Source: an uncultured delta proteobacterium (GTDB taxonomy: Bacteria; Desulfobacterota; RBG-13-43-22). Taken from it: a stretch of 64,000 bases of DNA. Below are positions 1 to 7,495 of the stretch, in pieces (the stretch's first letter is position 1; each line of letters begins with the position of its first letter). Made by a program: the position numbers and the translations under genes. The stretch is taken from assembly GCA_963716045.1 (NCBI GenBank), contig CAVQSS010000006.1, positions 1,743 to 65,742 of the forward strand. The letters are read 5' to 3'. A model generated the notes under the pieces. It was not told where the DNA came from and did not search any database. It was given only the letters and a program-made list of their open reading frames with translations.

Positions 1-294
1 ATCGATCTGGCGGTGCGGATGTCGCCCCTCTGTTATCCCATGCACGACCATTCCGAGCCGTCCCAGACCGCCCAGGGCGGCAACTACAACTGCGGGCTGA
101 TCTCGGGAATGAATATTACCGGAGACCGGAACACCCCGGGTACCACCCCGGCCTCTGTTGGGCTGCCTTTGATCACCACCTTCCCCGACGGCCCGACCGG
201 GCATGGCCCGAACAGCACCGGCCCGGCGGCCGGAGAGGGAGCGGTCACCGGCGTCCGGGCTCTCCGGGGTTCCAAACCAGCGACTAAGAAATAG
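1..294 (+). CDS. 3' end of a multicopper-oxidase-like protein (partial, runs off window start)
   Basis: Frame 1 is open from base 1 to TAG 292-294. The translation has LCYPMHDHSE...GLISGM, which resembles a C-terminal cupredoxin Cu-ligand motif. A second MCO-like gene follows 15 nt later. Confidence 0.4.
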   Translation: MDLAVRMSPLCYPMHDHSEPSQTAQGGNYNCGLISGMNITGDRNTPGTTPASVGLPLITTFPDGPTGHGPNSTGPAAGEGAVTGVRALRGSKPATKK

Positions 295-308
295 AAAAGG
301 AGAAAGAA

Positions 309-1655
309 ATGTCATTCGCCAATCCGGCTCATATAGTTAGACGCCACTCCGTAGTCGGCGAGGAAAATGAATGGGTCAAGATGTTTGACCCGCCCAGGGC
401 CAGTCCCTTTACGCCCGAACTGCTTTTGCCGACCAACCCGGTCCCGGAGGTGATGGCCGCCGCCGGCCTTCAAAGCGTCACCACGCCTCACACCGTCCAG
501 AGGGACCTGCTTAACAGGCTCATCCTCCCCACCTGGGACAACAGGGCGAATGGACTGGAATTCATGACCTTCAGGGATGGGGACAACCCTTCCCTTGACG
601 GCAACTATCCCGGGGGCACCATCCGCATCCCCCGGGGAGCGGTCTTCCATTGCTTTACCAACGGCAAAGGGCCGCCTCCGCATACCATCCACTGGCACGG
701 CCATGAGCCCACGCCCATGAACGACGGGGTGGGACACTGCTCCATGGAGCTGGGGAGCTACACCTACCAGTTGCAGCCCAACTTCATCGGCACCTATTTT
801 CACCACTGCCACCGGAACACCGTGCAGCATTTCGAGTTCGGGCTCTTCGGATTGACGATCATCGATCCGCCCGACGCCTATTTTGCCACTCAAAATTCTG
901 GCGTTCCTATCGGAAGAGGCAACCCGGAACCGGGATTCTCTAACGGGAGGTTCCGGTGCGCGGCCAACGTCTCACAGTTCCCCCAGTTCCTCCCGGGGTT
1001 CAACTCTAACCCCCTTGAATCGGGGGACCCCCATGCCTTTACGGTCCCCTACAACGTGGAGGCCATCTGGGTACTGAGCGCCCGAGACTCACGCTGGAAC
1101 GACCTGGCGGCGGACGCCAGGGCGACCTTCCCCACACACGGCACCATTCCCGGCGTCAACGATCGATTCCAAGAAAACGCCGGCCTAAACGGTTTCTTTG
1201 CCTTTAATGACTACCACGCCGATTACTGGTTTGTCACCGGCGTCCCGGTGCCCGCTCCCTTAGGGGGGAGAGCGAGCATCCCCCAGGGTGTAACCATCCC
1301 CGCGGCCCTGAACAGCGGCGTTTCCGGGACCCAGGTCTCCGTCAACGCCCAGGTGGGCCAGACCATCCTCCTCCGCTGCGTAAATGCCGCCTATAATACG
1401 ATCCGGGTCACCCTCCCGGTGGACGCGGTGATCACGGCCTGGGACGGCCGGGCACTGGGCATTCCCCCCCTGCAACAGTACAACCGGGCCTATCTGGTGC
1501 CGGCCAATACCCCCCAAACCTTCGTCACCGCCCGGCGTTTTGAGGCCCTGATCCGGCCGACTGAAGAACAGAACAGACCCGCCATAGTGGAATTCCTGGA
1601 CACCCGGGGCGGTAATTTACTGATGACCACCGAGATCCCCTTCAGAATCAATTAG
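309..1655 (+). CDS. multicopper oxidase family protein
   Basis: 448-aa ORF with AAGGAGAAAG upstream of the ATG. Motifs HTIHWHGHEP (HxHG type) and YFHHCHRNTVQH (HCH type) match copper-ligand motifs of cupredoxin/MCO proteins. Confidence 0.6.
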   Translation: MSFANPAHIVRRHSVVGEENEWVKMFDPPRASPFTPELLLPTNPVPEVMAAAGLQSVTTPHTVQRDLLNRLILPTWDNRANGLEFMTFRDGDNPSLDGNYPGGTIRIPRGAVFHCFTNGKGPPPHTIHWHGHEPTPMNDGVGHCSMELGSYTYQLQPNFIGTYFHHCHRNTVQHFEFGLFGLTIIDPPDAYFATQNSGVPIGRGNPEPGFSNGRFRCAANVSQFPQFLPGFNSNPLESGDPHAFTVPYNVEAIWVLSARDSRWNDLAADARATFPTHGTIPGVNDRFQENAGLNGFFAFNDYHADYWFVTGVPVPAPLGGRASIPQGVTIPAALNSGVSGTQVSVNAQVGQTILLRCVNAAYNTIRVTLPVDAVITAWDGRALGIPPLQQYNRAYLVPANTPQTFVTARRFEALIRPTEEQNRPAIVEFLDTRGGNLLMTTEIPFRIN

Positions 1656-1774
1656 AATGAATAACATCCCTACCGGCCCCTTCCCCCCAGGGAAGGGGCC
1701 TTTTTATAAACCAACAAAGGGACTTCGATTTTTGGTTCAAATTCAAAATTCGAAACGTAAGGAGGAGGAAAGCC

Positions 1775-2056
1775 GTGAGTAAGAAGATCGAAGTAGAAAC
1801 TGCTGAAGCTTTCGGAAGGACCTTTGTAAAAGGGAATATTCCAGAAATCCATCCAGTCCGTTGCCTGGCGTGCAGGAATTGCGTCAACTTGTGCAAGAAA
1901 CTCGGCCCAAACGTGCTGGACATCGTGGATGGAGTGGCCAAGCCTGTTCACCCGGAAAACTGCATCGGCGATGGCGCGTGCATGGTGGCCTGCCCGACCA
2001 AGGCCATCTTCCTGATGAGCAAGTATGATCCCTCATCGCCGCCAGCCGCAGTATAA
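1775..2056 (+). CDS. 4Fe-4S dicluster ferredoxin-like protein
   Basis: GTG start preceded by AAGGAGGAGG. Cys clusters CLACRNCVNLC and CIGDGACMVACP. Confidence 0.75.
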   Translation: MSKKIEVETAEAFGRTFVKGNIPEIHPVRCLACRNCVNLCKKLGPNVLDIVDGVAKPVHPENCIGDGACMVACPTKAIFLMSKYDPSSPPAAV

Positions 2057-2059
2057 AGG

Positions 2060-2345
2060 TATCTGATCGCCAAGGCCCCAAAGAGAAGATGTAGGTTGGG
2101 TAGAGTGAAACGAAACCCAACAAAGGGGCTATCTCCATTGGGTTTCTCGTTGCTCTACCCAACCTACATCTTCACGGAGTTTATCCTGAGCCGAAAAGCG
2201 AGATCCTTCGCTTCTCTCAGGATGACAGGAAGGCGAAGGGTTCAGGGTGACCAGGCGAAGGACTCAGGGTGGCTTTGCCAGGTTTATCATCCTTAGCGGG
2301 CTCTCTCAGCTTGTCATCCTGATCGACCGAAGGGAGAGAAGGATC
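2060..2345. repeat. composite intergenic repeats: imperfect inverted repeat (2087-2120 / 2138-2171) followed by family B units (GTCATCCTGA / GGATGACAG / GAAGGATCTCG type)
   Basis: Arms agatgtaggttgggtagag...aacccaa and its complement. The family B motif recurs at 14992-15132, 39113-39350 and 57507-57662. ORFs predicted here (2096-2296, 1884-2162) are repeat artefacts. Confidence 0.7.
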
Positions 2346-2372
2346 TCGTTTTTGAGTGGAGTCCAACACGGA

Positions 2373-2663
2373 TTACTGCTTTCTGGCATCCGGCATCGGT
2401 CTTGACCTTGATCCGGTATCGATCTCAGCAACACCGATCTCCACGATCTTATCCCGGCTTTTTTCCCCCTTTACAATCCGGATATCCCCCTTCCGGACTT
2501 GAAAATGGGCGGCCAGGATCTTGATCAGGGCTTCGTTGGCCCGACCCTCGATTGCCGGGGCGGTGAGATAGACCTTGAGGCGGTCTTCTTCGACAACTAC
2601 CTTATTTTGTTTGGCTTTGGGTATTACCCGGATGGAATGGCGCAATGGAGGTTTGTTTTTCAT
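2373..2663 (-). CDS. yggU: YggU/DUF167 family protein
   Basis: 96 aa. IRVIPKAKQNKV...LKVYLTAPAIEGRANEALIKILAAHFQVRKGDIRIVKGEKSRDKIVEI is the typical UPF0235/DUF167 signature. Confidence 0.8.
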   Translation of the reverse strand: MKNKPPLRHSIRVIPKAKQNKVVVEEDRLKVYLTAPAIEGRANEALIKILAAHFQVRKGDIRIVKGEKSRDKIVEIGVAEIDTGSRSRPMPDARKQ

Positions 2664-2824
2664 TCGATGTTGGGCGTTCGATGTTCGATGTTCATTTTAA
2701 TACGAAAATAGCTCCCGTCTTGGGCATCGGGGCTTATAAGGGCGGCCACGGGGGGCCGCCCCTACGATGGGTGTCCTCTCCGGGCCTGGGGTTTTAAAAC
2801 AAAGATAAAATACCATTTTTCCCC

Positions 2825-2857
2825 TTGACATTCCACCATGATCATTTAAATTATAAT
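2825..2857 (+). promoter_or_regulatory. sigma70-like promoter for the small peptide gene
   Basis: TTGACA at 2825-2830. Candidate -10 boxes are TAAATT (2847-2852, 16-nt spacer) or TATAAT (2852-2857, 21-nt spacer, too long). The exact -10 is ambiguous. Confidence 0.45.
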
Positions 2858-2894
2858 AAAATAACCATCGCATGAAGCGAGAAAGGAGCCGGTC

Positions 2895-2957
2895 ATGAAG
2901 ATCCGCAAGGTAGTCAAGGTATCCAAAGGTCTTTGCAAGTGTAAAAAGACCTGCTAA
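2895..2957 (+). CDS. 20-aa Lys/Cys-rich peptide (MKIRKVVKVSKGLCKCKKTC), candidate RiPP precursor
   Basis: ATG preceded by GAAAGGAG with a 6-nt spacer, with a promoter upstream and a terminator immediately downstream. It lies upstream of a radical SAM/SPASM gene. It is too short to appear in the ORF track. Confidence 0.4.
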   Translation: MKIRKVVKVSKGLCKCKKTC

Positions 2958-2983
2958 GGGCTAAAATTATTATCTTTCAGAAA

Positions 2984-3014
2984 AAGGCCGATAGGAGATC
3001 TGTCGGCCTTTTTT
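2984..3014 (+). terminator. rho-independent terminator after the peptide gene
   Basis: 8-bp stem AAGGCCGA / TCGGCCTT with an 11-nt loop, followed by T6 (3009-3014). Confidence 0.65.
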
Positions 3015-3023
3015 CTTATTCAA

Positions 3024-3406
3024 ATGCCCACCACCATGACTCCAAAACGGATTTCCAAGATTATATCTGCCGGCCCTTCTGCGATTATTTCAAGCCAGGA
3101 AACAAGGAAGAACTGCTCTGCCGGGGCGCTCTGGTCGTCGAAAAACTGGTCCGACGGCAGCGTCTTACCCCGGAGAACTTCCGGGGCCTGGATGAAAAGG
3201 AACCGCTGATCCCCCGTCAGGAAACCGATTTGGAGGACGCCGTCTGCGCGGGCTGTCCCTTCCGGGCCGAGGACTGTGATTTCCAGTCCCCCCACCCGCC
3301 TGCCGACTGCCGGCCCTGCGGGGGACTGGTTCTCCTGCACCGGCTTAAAAAACAAGGTTTGATATCGATTCCGGAGTTAGTTGATTTATTCCATGGCGGC
3401 CAATGA
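3024..3406 (+). CDS. Cys-rich hypothetical protein (about 127 aa after repairing a 1-nt indel in the A-run at 3044-3047)
   Basis: Frame 2 is open from 2945 to TGA 3404-3406. It reads TDFQDYICRPFCDYFKPGNKEELLCRGALVVEKL...CAGCPFRAEDCDFQSPHPPADCRPCGGLVLLHRLKKQG, and looks coding but has no in-frame start. ATG 3024 or 3036 lies in frame 3, and one extra A in the run AAAA joins the two frames. The stop overlaps the ATG at 3393 of the rSAM gene. The listed antisense ORF 3020-3355 is its shadow. Confidence 0.45.
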
Positions 3407-4577
3407 CTGGAAAGAGGCTTTTCTGAGCCTTCACCCGCAGGTTTTCCTGAAACGTCTCGAACAGCCCTTTCTCTATCATGTCGGGAGGGATGAATTGTTC
3501 GAAATCGACGAAAAGGCCCTGGAATTCTTAAGCCGGTGCGACGGGACGCGCCGGGGGGCGGAGCTGACCTCCGATGACGACTTTGTATTTTTTTGCCTGG
3601 AGGAAGGGCTGTTGGAAACCTACCCCCAACCGACCCTTAAGACCATTTCCATCGGGGAAGCCCCTTTCCCTTCTCTGCGTTACCTGGAACTGCAACTGCT
3701 TCATCAATGCAATCTGCGCTGCCGCCATTGCTACCTGGGTCCCCCCCGCCCCGGGCGGTTATCCTTGGAGGAGGCCGTCGGCATCACCCGGGAATTTGCC
3801 GCGCGAGGAGGCTTGCGGCTTCTGGTTTCCGGAGGCGAGCCCCTGCTGTATCCCGAACTGCCCGCCTTCCTCGCCCAGACCCAGGGCCTGGGCATCCGTC
3901 GTATCCTGTTAACCAACGGGACCCTGATCACCTCGGAAAACGCCCGTTCCCTTCAGGTGGAAGAGGTGCAGGTCAGCCTGGACGGCTGGCGCACGGGTCA
4001 CGAGGCCATCCGGGGCGTTGGGACCTTTGATCAAACCCTGGCGGGTATCCAGGCCATCCGGGAAGCCGGACTGCCCCTCTCCATCGCCACCATGGTTCAC
4101 CGGAAGAACCTGGATGAATTCGAACCACTGGCCCGTCTGGTGAAAGAAATCGGGGCTATTGATTGGGGGGTGGATCTGCCTTGCCTGGCAGGCTCTTTGC
4201 TGGAACATTCCGATTTGCTGGTTCCTTACGAAGAGGCCGTTCCCTTTTTGAGCTTTTCCTTTGGGGGAGGCTATCATGGCTCCTCGGAGGGGTATGCCTG
4301 TGGACGCCATTTACTGACGGTGTTACCCAACGGGCAGGCGGTCAAGTGCGGCTTTTATGAAGATCAGCCCCTGGGGGATGCCCGCCAGGGCCTGATCGAA
4401 TGTTGGCTGAAGCTTCACCATGTCCCCCTGGAAAAACTGGAATGCCGGGGGTGTCCCGCCCTCGAGGAATGCGCCGGAGGCTGCCGCTACCGGGCCGTTC
4501 AGCCCTTCGGCCGCGACCCACTGATGTGCGCCCTGTATGGGCAGACGAAGGAAAATTTGCCGGAGGGATATCACTGA
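3381..4577 (+). CDS. radical SAM/SPASM domain protein with N-terminal PqqD-like (RRE) extension; putative peptide maturase
   Basis: CNLRCRHCY (CX3CX2C) and a glycine-rich LLVSGGEPLL motif. The C-terminal Cys cluster CGRH..C..CRGCPALEECAGGCRY is SPASM-type. The N-terminal ~90 aa (YHVGRDELFEIDEKALEFLSRCDGTRRGAEL) looks PqqD-like. Start is TTG 3381 or ATG 3393. Confidence 0.85.
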   Translation: MIYSMAANDWKEAFLSLHPQVFLKRLEQPFLYHVGRDELFEIDEKALEFLSRCDGTRRGAELTSDDDFVFFCLEEGLLETYPQPTLKTISIGEAPFPSLRYLELQLLHQCNLRCRHCYLGPPRPGRLSLEEAVGITREFAARGGLRLLVSGGEPLLYPELPAFLAQTQGLGIRRILLTNGTLITSENARSLQVEEVQVSLDGWRTGHEAIRGVGTFDQTLAGIQAIREAGLPLSIATMVHRKNLDEFEPLARLVKEIGAIDWGVDLPCLAGSLLEHSDLLVPYEEAVPFLSFSFGGGYHGSSEGYACGRHLLTVLPNGQAVKCGFYEDQPLGDARQGLIECWLKLHHVPLEKLECRGCPALEECAGGCRYRAVQPFGRDPLMCALYGQTKENLPEGYH

Positions 4578-4584
4578 CAGGTTT

Positions 4585-4679
4585 AAATTCGAATTCCGAA
4601 GTTCGAAATTCGAAACAAATTCAAATGTATTTTGAAAATTTGTGCTTGTTTCGGATTTCGTGCTTCGAATTTCGGATTT
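4585..4679. repeat. family D hairpin (AAATTCGAA / TTTCGGATTT tandem-unit arms)
   Basis: 34-nt arms (4585-4618 and 4646-4679) pair at 31/34 positions, counting 3 G-U pairs on the plus-strand RNA. The loop is 27 nt. Related units occur at 1733-1760, 18484-18530, 37430-37462 and 42040-42106. Confidence 0.75.
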
Positions 4680-4702
4680 AGGCATTACAAAGGAGGTCTA
4701 TA

Positions 4703-5569
4703 ATGGGTAAAATATTAGTCACCGGCTCCACCGGCAACATCGGCAGTCAGTTGGTTCAGCGGCTCAAAGAAAAAAACCTGGAGGTGATCGCCGGGGTCAG
4801 CAGCCTATCCAAGGCCGGGCGCTTCTCCAAACAAAACGTCGATACGGCCATCCTTAATTTCGCCCAACCCGATTCCCTGGAAACGGCCTTCGACGGGGTC
4901 GATCGGTTGTTCCTGCTGCTGCCGCTGGTGGAAGCCATGGTGGATTGGGGCCCGCGGGCCATCGAAGCGGCCAAGAAATCCGGTGTCCGATACGTCCTGC
5001 GGTCATCGGGGATGGGGGCCGATCCGGACACCCCTTATGAACTGGGAAAAACCCACGGGTTGATCGACCAGGCGCTGATGGCCAGCGGTCTGGCCTACAC
5101 TATCGTTCGCCCCAATTCCTTCATGCAGAACTACATCAATTATTTCGGAGGGATGATCAAGGACCGGCAGTCCATCTTCCTGCCCCAAAGCCAGGGGCGC
5201 ATCAGCCTGATCGACGTCCGGGACATCGCGGCCGTGGATGCTGAAATACTGGCCTCTCCCGAAAAGCATTGGGAGAAAACCTATGATCTGACCGGTCCGG
5301 AGGCATTAACCAATGAGGAGATCGCCCGGATCCTCTCCCGGGTCATTGGGAAGCCGATTACCTATGTGGATATCGACGAAGCCGCCGCCCGCCAGGGCCT
5401 GGCCCAAATGGGGATGCCGGAATGGAATATCCGCCTGATGGAGAGCCTGAACCGCCGCATCAAACTGGGGATGACCGCCGAGGTCACCAACTGGGTCCGG
5501 ATAATAGCCGGGAGGCAACCGACAACTTTTGAGCAGTTTGCCCGGGATTATGGGGATGCCTGGAAGTAA
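4703..5569 (+). CDS. NmrA-like/SDR family NAD(P)-binding oxidoreductase
   Basis: AAAGGAGG SD. N-terminal Rossmann motif ILVTGSTGNIGSQLV. Length 288 aa. Confidence 0.8.
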   Translation: MGKILVTGSTGNIGSQLVQRLKEKNLEVIAGVSSLSKAGRFSKQNVDTAILNFAQPDSLETAFDGVDRLFLLLPLVEAMVDWGPRAIEAAKKSGVRYVLRSSGMGADPDTPYELGKTHGLIDQALMASGLAYTIVRPNSFMQNYINYFGGMIKDRQSIFLPQSQGRISLIDVRDIAAVDAEILASPEKHWEKTYDLTGPEALTNEEIARILSRVIGKPITYVDIDEAAARQGLAQMGMPEWNIRLMESLNRRIKLGMTAEVTNWVRIIAGRQPTTFEQFARDYGDAWK

Positions 5570-5572
5570 CGG

Positions 5573-5616
5573 TTAATAATTAACAATTAATTATTGATTA
5601 TTAATAATTTGTCTTT
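5573..5616. repeat. family A AT-rich palindromic repeat (TTAATAATTAACAATTrATTATTGATTATT + ATTTGTCTTTT)
   Basis: One of 10 copies in the window. See the other family A entries. Confidence 0.8.
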
Positions 5617-5620
5617 TCAT

Positions 5621-7286
5621 ATGCTCTTTCTCCGCCACACGCACTTTCTGACTTTTGTCCTTCTTTTCTTTTGCCTGGTCCCTCACCACTCCTGGGGTTC
5701 CAGTCCCGATCCCTCTTTTTGCGCCTCCCCGGAAAACCTTTTGGTCCTTCGCCTTTTTTATCATTCTCCGGAAGATCTTAGGGCCGTGGCCGCCCAATAT
5801 GATATCTGGGAGGCCCATCCCGAAAGGGGTTTCGTGGTCATCGGCACTCGCTGCGGAGAGTTGGAAAAAATCGTCGGTCAGGGCTGGGCGGTGGAGATCG
5901 AATCCACAATGACTCGGGAGACCAAGGTCCAGTCTGCTCGGGCTTCCTCAATTCCCCTGCTACCGGAGCGTGGAAGAGACCTTCGCGGTCCTGCAAAACC
6001 TGGCCGCCACCTATCCGGACTTGACCGAGCTCATCGATATGGGCGACAGTTGGGATAAAAGCACCTCCGGGGGACCGGCCGGATTCGATCTCCAGGTCTT
6101 CCGGATAACCAATAAGAATATACCGGGCCCCAAACCGGTTTTTTTCCTGATGGCCGCCATCCATGGCCGGGAATTGACCACCTCGGAAACCGCCCTCCGT
6201 TTGGCCGAAACCCTGCTGCAACAGTATGGGGTCAACCCTGAGATCACCCTGCTCCTGGATTACCAGGAAATCCAGGTATTACCCCTGACGAACCCCGACG
6301 GCCGGAAATGGGCCGAACAAGGATATTTTTGGCGAAAAAATACCGACTCCCTCGTGGGCTGCACCTTTCCAAACTATGGGGTCGATCTGAACCGAAACCA
6401 TTCCTTCCACTGGGGAGGCGCCGGCACCTCGCCCTGCGATGAGCTCTATCAAGGGCCGGCGGTCGCTTCGGAACCGGAAACCCAGGCCTTACAAGACCAT
6501 GTGCGCCTCCTTTTTCCGGATCAGCGGGGTCCCCTGGATTCGGACCCTGCCCCGGCAGACACCGCCGGCATTTTTATCACCCTCCATTCCTACGGCGGAT
6601 TGGTTCTTTGGCCCTGGGGCTGGAGCGATCAGATCCAGGCCCCCAACGACGCCCAACTCCAGGCGATCGGCATTAAGCTGGCCTCCCTTAATCACTATAC
6701 CGCCAAACAATCGAGCAAATTGTATCCTGCTACCGGGACTTCCGATGACTGGGCCTATGGTGAACTGGGGATCGCCTCTTTTACCTTTGAAATCGGGACC
6801 ACCTTTTTCCAGGATTGTTCGAGTTTTGAAACCGCTATCTGGCCGGACAATTTAAAAGCCCTGCTCTATGCCCTTAAAATAGCCCCTGCTCCCTATCGCC
6901 TGGCCTACGGCCCGGACACCTTGTCCCCTCTGGTCACCCCCCCTGGGGGAAAGCGGGGAGAACCTCTTGAACTGACCGCCCTGATTACCGACCAGCAGAA
7001 TGGGGGCCGTCCCCTTCAGCGGGCGGAATATTTCATCCTGTCCGAGCATCAGGCGACCCCTCCTGGGAATCCAGGGGCGGGACTGCCCCTGACCCCGACC
7101 GACGGCCAGTGGGACAACCCGGTTGAAACAGTCAGGGCCGTCATGGATACCGCCAACCTGGTCCCGGGGAATTATTTAGTCGCCCTTCGGGGCCAGGATG
7201 CGGATGGAAACTGGGGGCCCCTCACCGCGACTTCCTTGCGAATTCACTCTGACTTCCATTTGTTTTTCCCGATCGTTCTTAGATGA
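5621..7286 (+). CDS. secreted M14 zinc carboxypeptidase (frameshifted at C-run 5954-5957)
   Basis: Signal peptide MLFLRHTHFLTFVLLFFCLV. Catalytic motifs HGRELTTSE, NPDGR and DLNRNH. Track ORFs 5594-6058 and 5970-7286 join as ...SARASSIPCYRSVEETFAVL... if CCCC is read as CCC. Confidence 0.75.
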
Positions 7287-7364
7287 ATACTCCCCTTGAC
7301 AGATTCTTTTTGGTGCTTAATTTTAAAACCAATTAACTGAACCCGCCCAAAACATGGGGCCACG

Positions 7365-7400
7365 AGCCGGGTTACTTTAAGGGTGATCCCGGCTTTTTTT
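7365..7400 (+). terminator. rho-independent terminator after the carboxypeptidase gene
   Basis: 7-bp stem AGCCGGG / CCCGGCT (7365-7371 / 7388-7394) followed by a T-run to 7400. Confidence 0.6.
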
Positions 7401-7495
7401 ATGGAGGAAGACAACGATGAAAAGAACGACAGCTTGGCCGATGAAAACCGACTCGGCGCCTGGTAGAACTCTTTGCTCCGGATGCCTTTTCACGG

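Noticed and set aside
2096-2296. Short ORFs embedded in repeats: 2096-2296, 1884-2162, 8189-8734, 8738-9022, 19184-19458, 44325-44540, 44551-44906, 41690-42019 and 30202-30507.
   Set aside because: Their translations follow the repeat units (MGRVKRNPTK, MLGVRCSMF, AERRAQS and similar), and copies occur in both orientations. They are repeat artefacts, not genes.
2895-2957. Resemblance of MKIRKVVKVSKGLCKCKKTC to the N-terminus of ribosomal protein L36 (MKVR.SVK..C..CK).
   Set aside because: It is only 20 aa, with CxC rather than CxxC spacing, and lacks the second half of the L36 zinc ribbon. The similarity is probably compositional (polybasic). It is kept as a caveat for the RiPP hypothesis.
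3020-3355. 111-aa minus-strand ORF and 61-aa plus-strand ORF (3024-3209) between the peptide gene and the rSAM gene.
   Set aside because: Both look non-protein-like. The plus-strand frame 2, which has no listed ORF, gives a Cys-patterned coding-like sequence that is translationally coupled to the rSAM gene.
5594-5620. Starts placed inside AT-rich family A repeats: TTG 5594, TTG 11386, 48633 and 49089.
   Set aside because: The repeat supplies fortuitous start codons. Downstream ATGs with signal peptides or family-typical N-termini (5621, 11422, 48570) are preferred.
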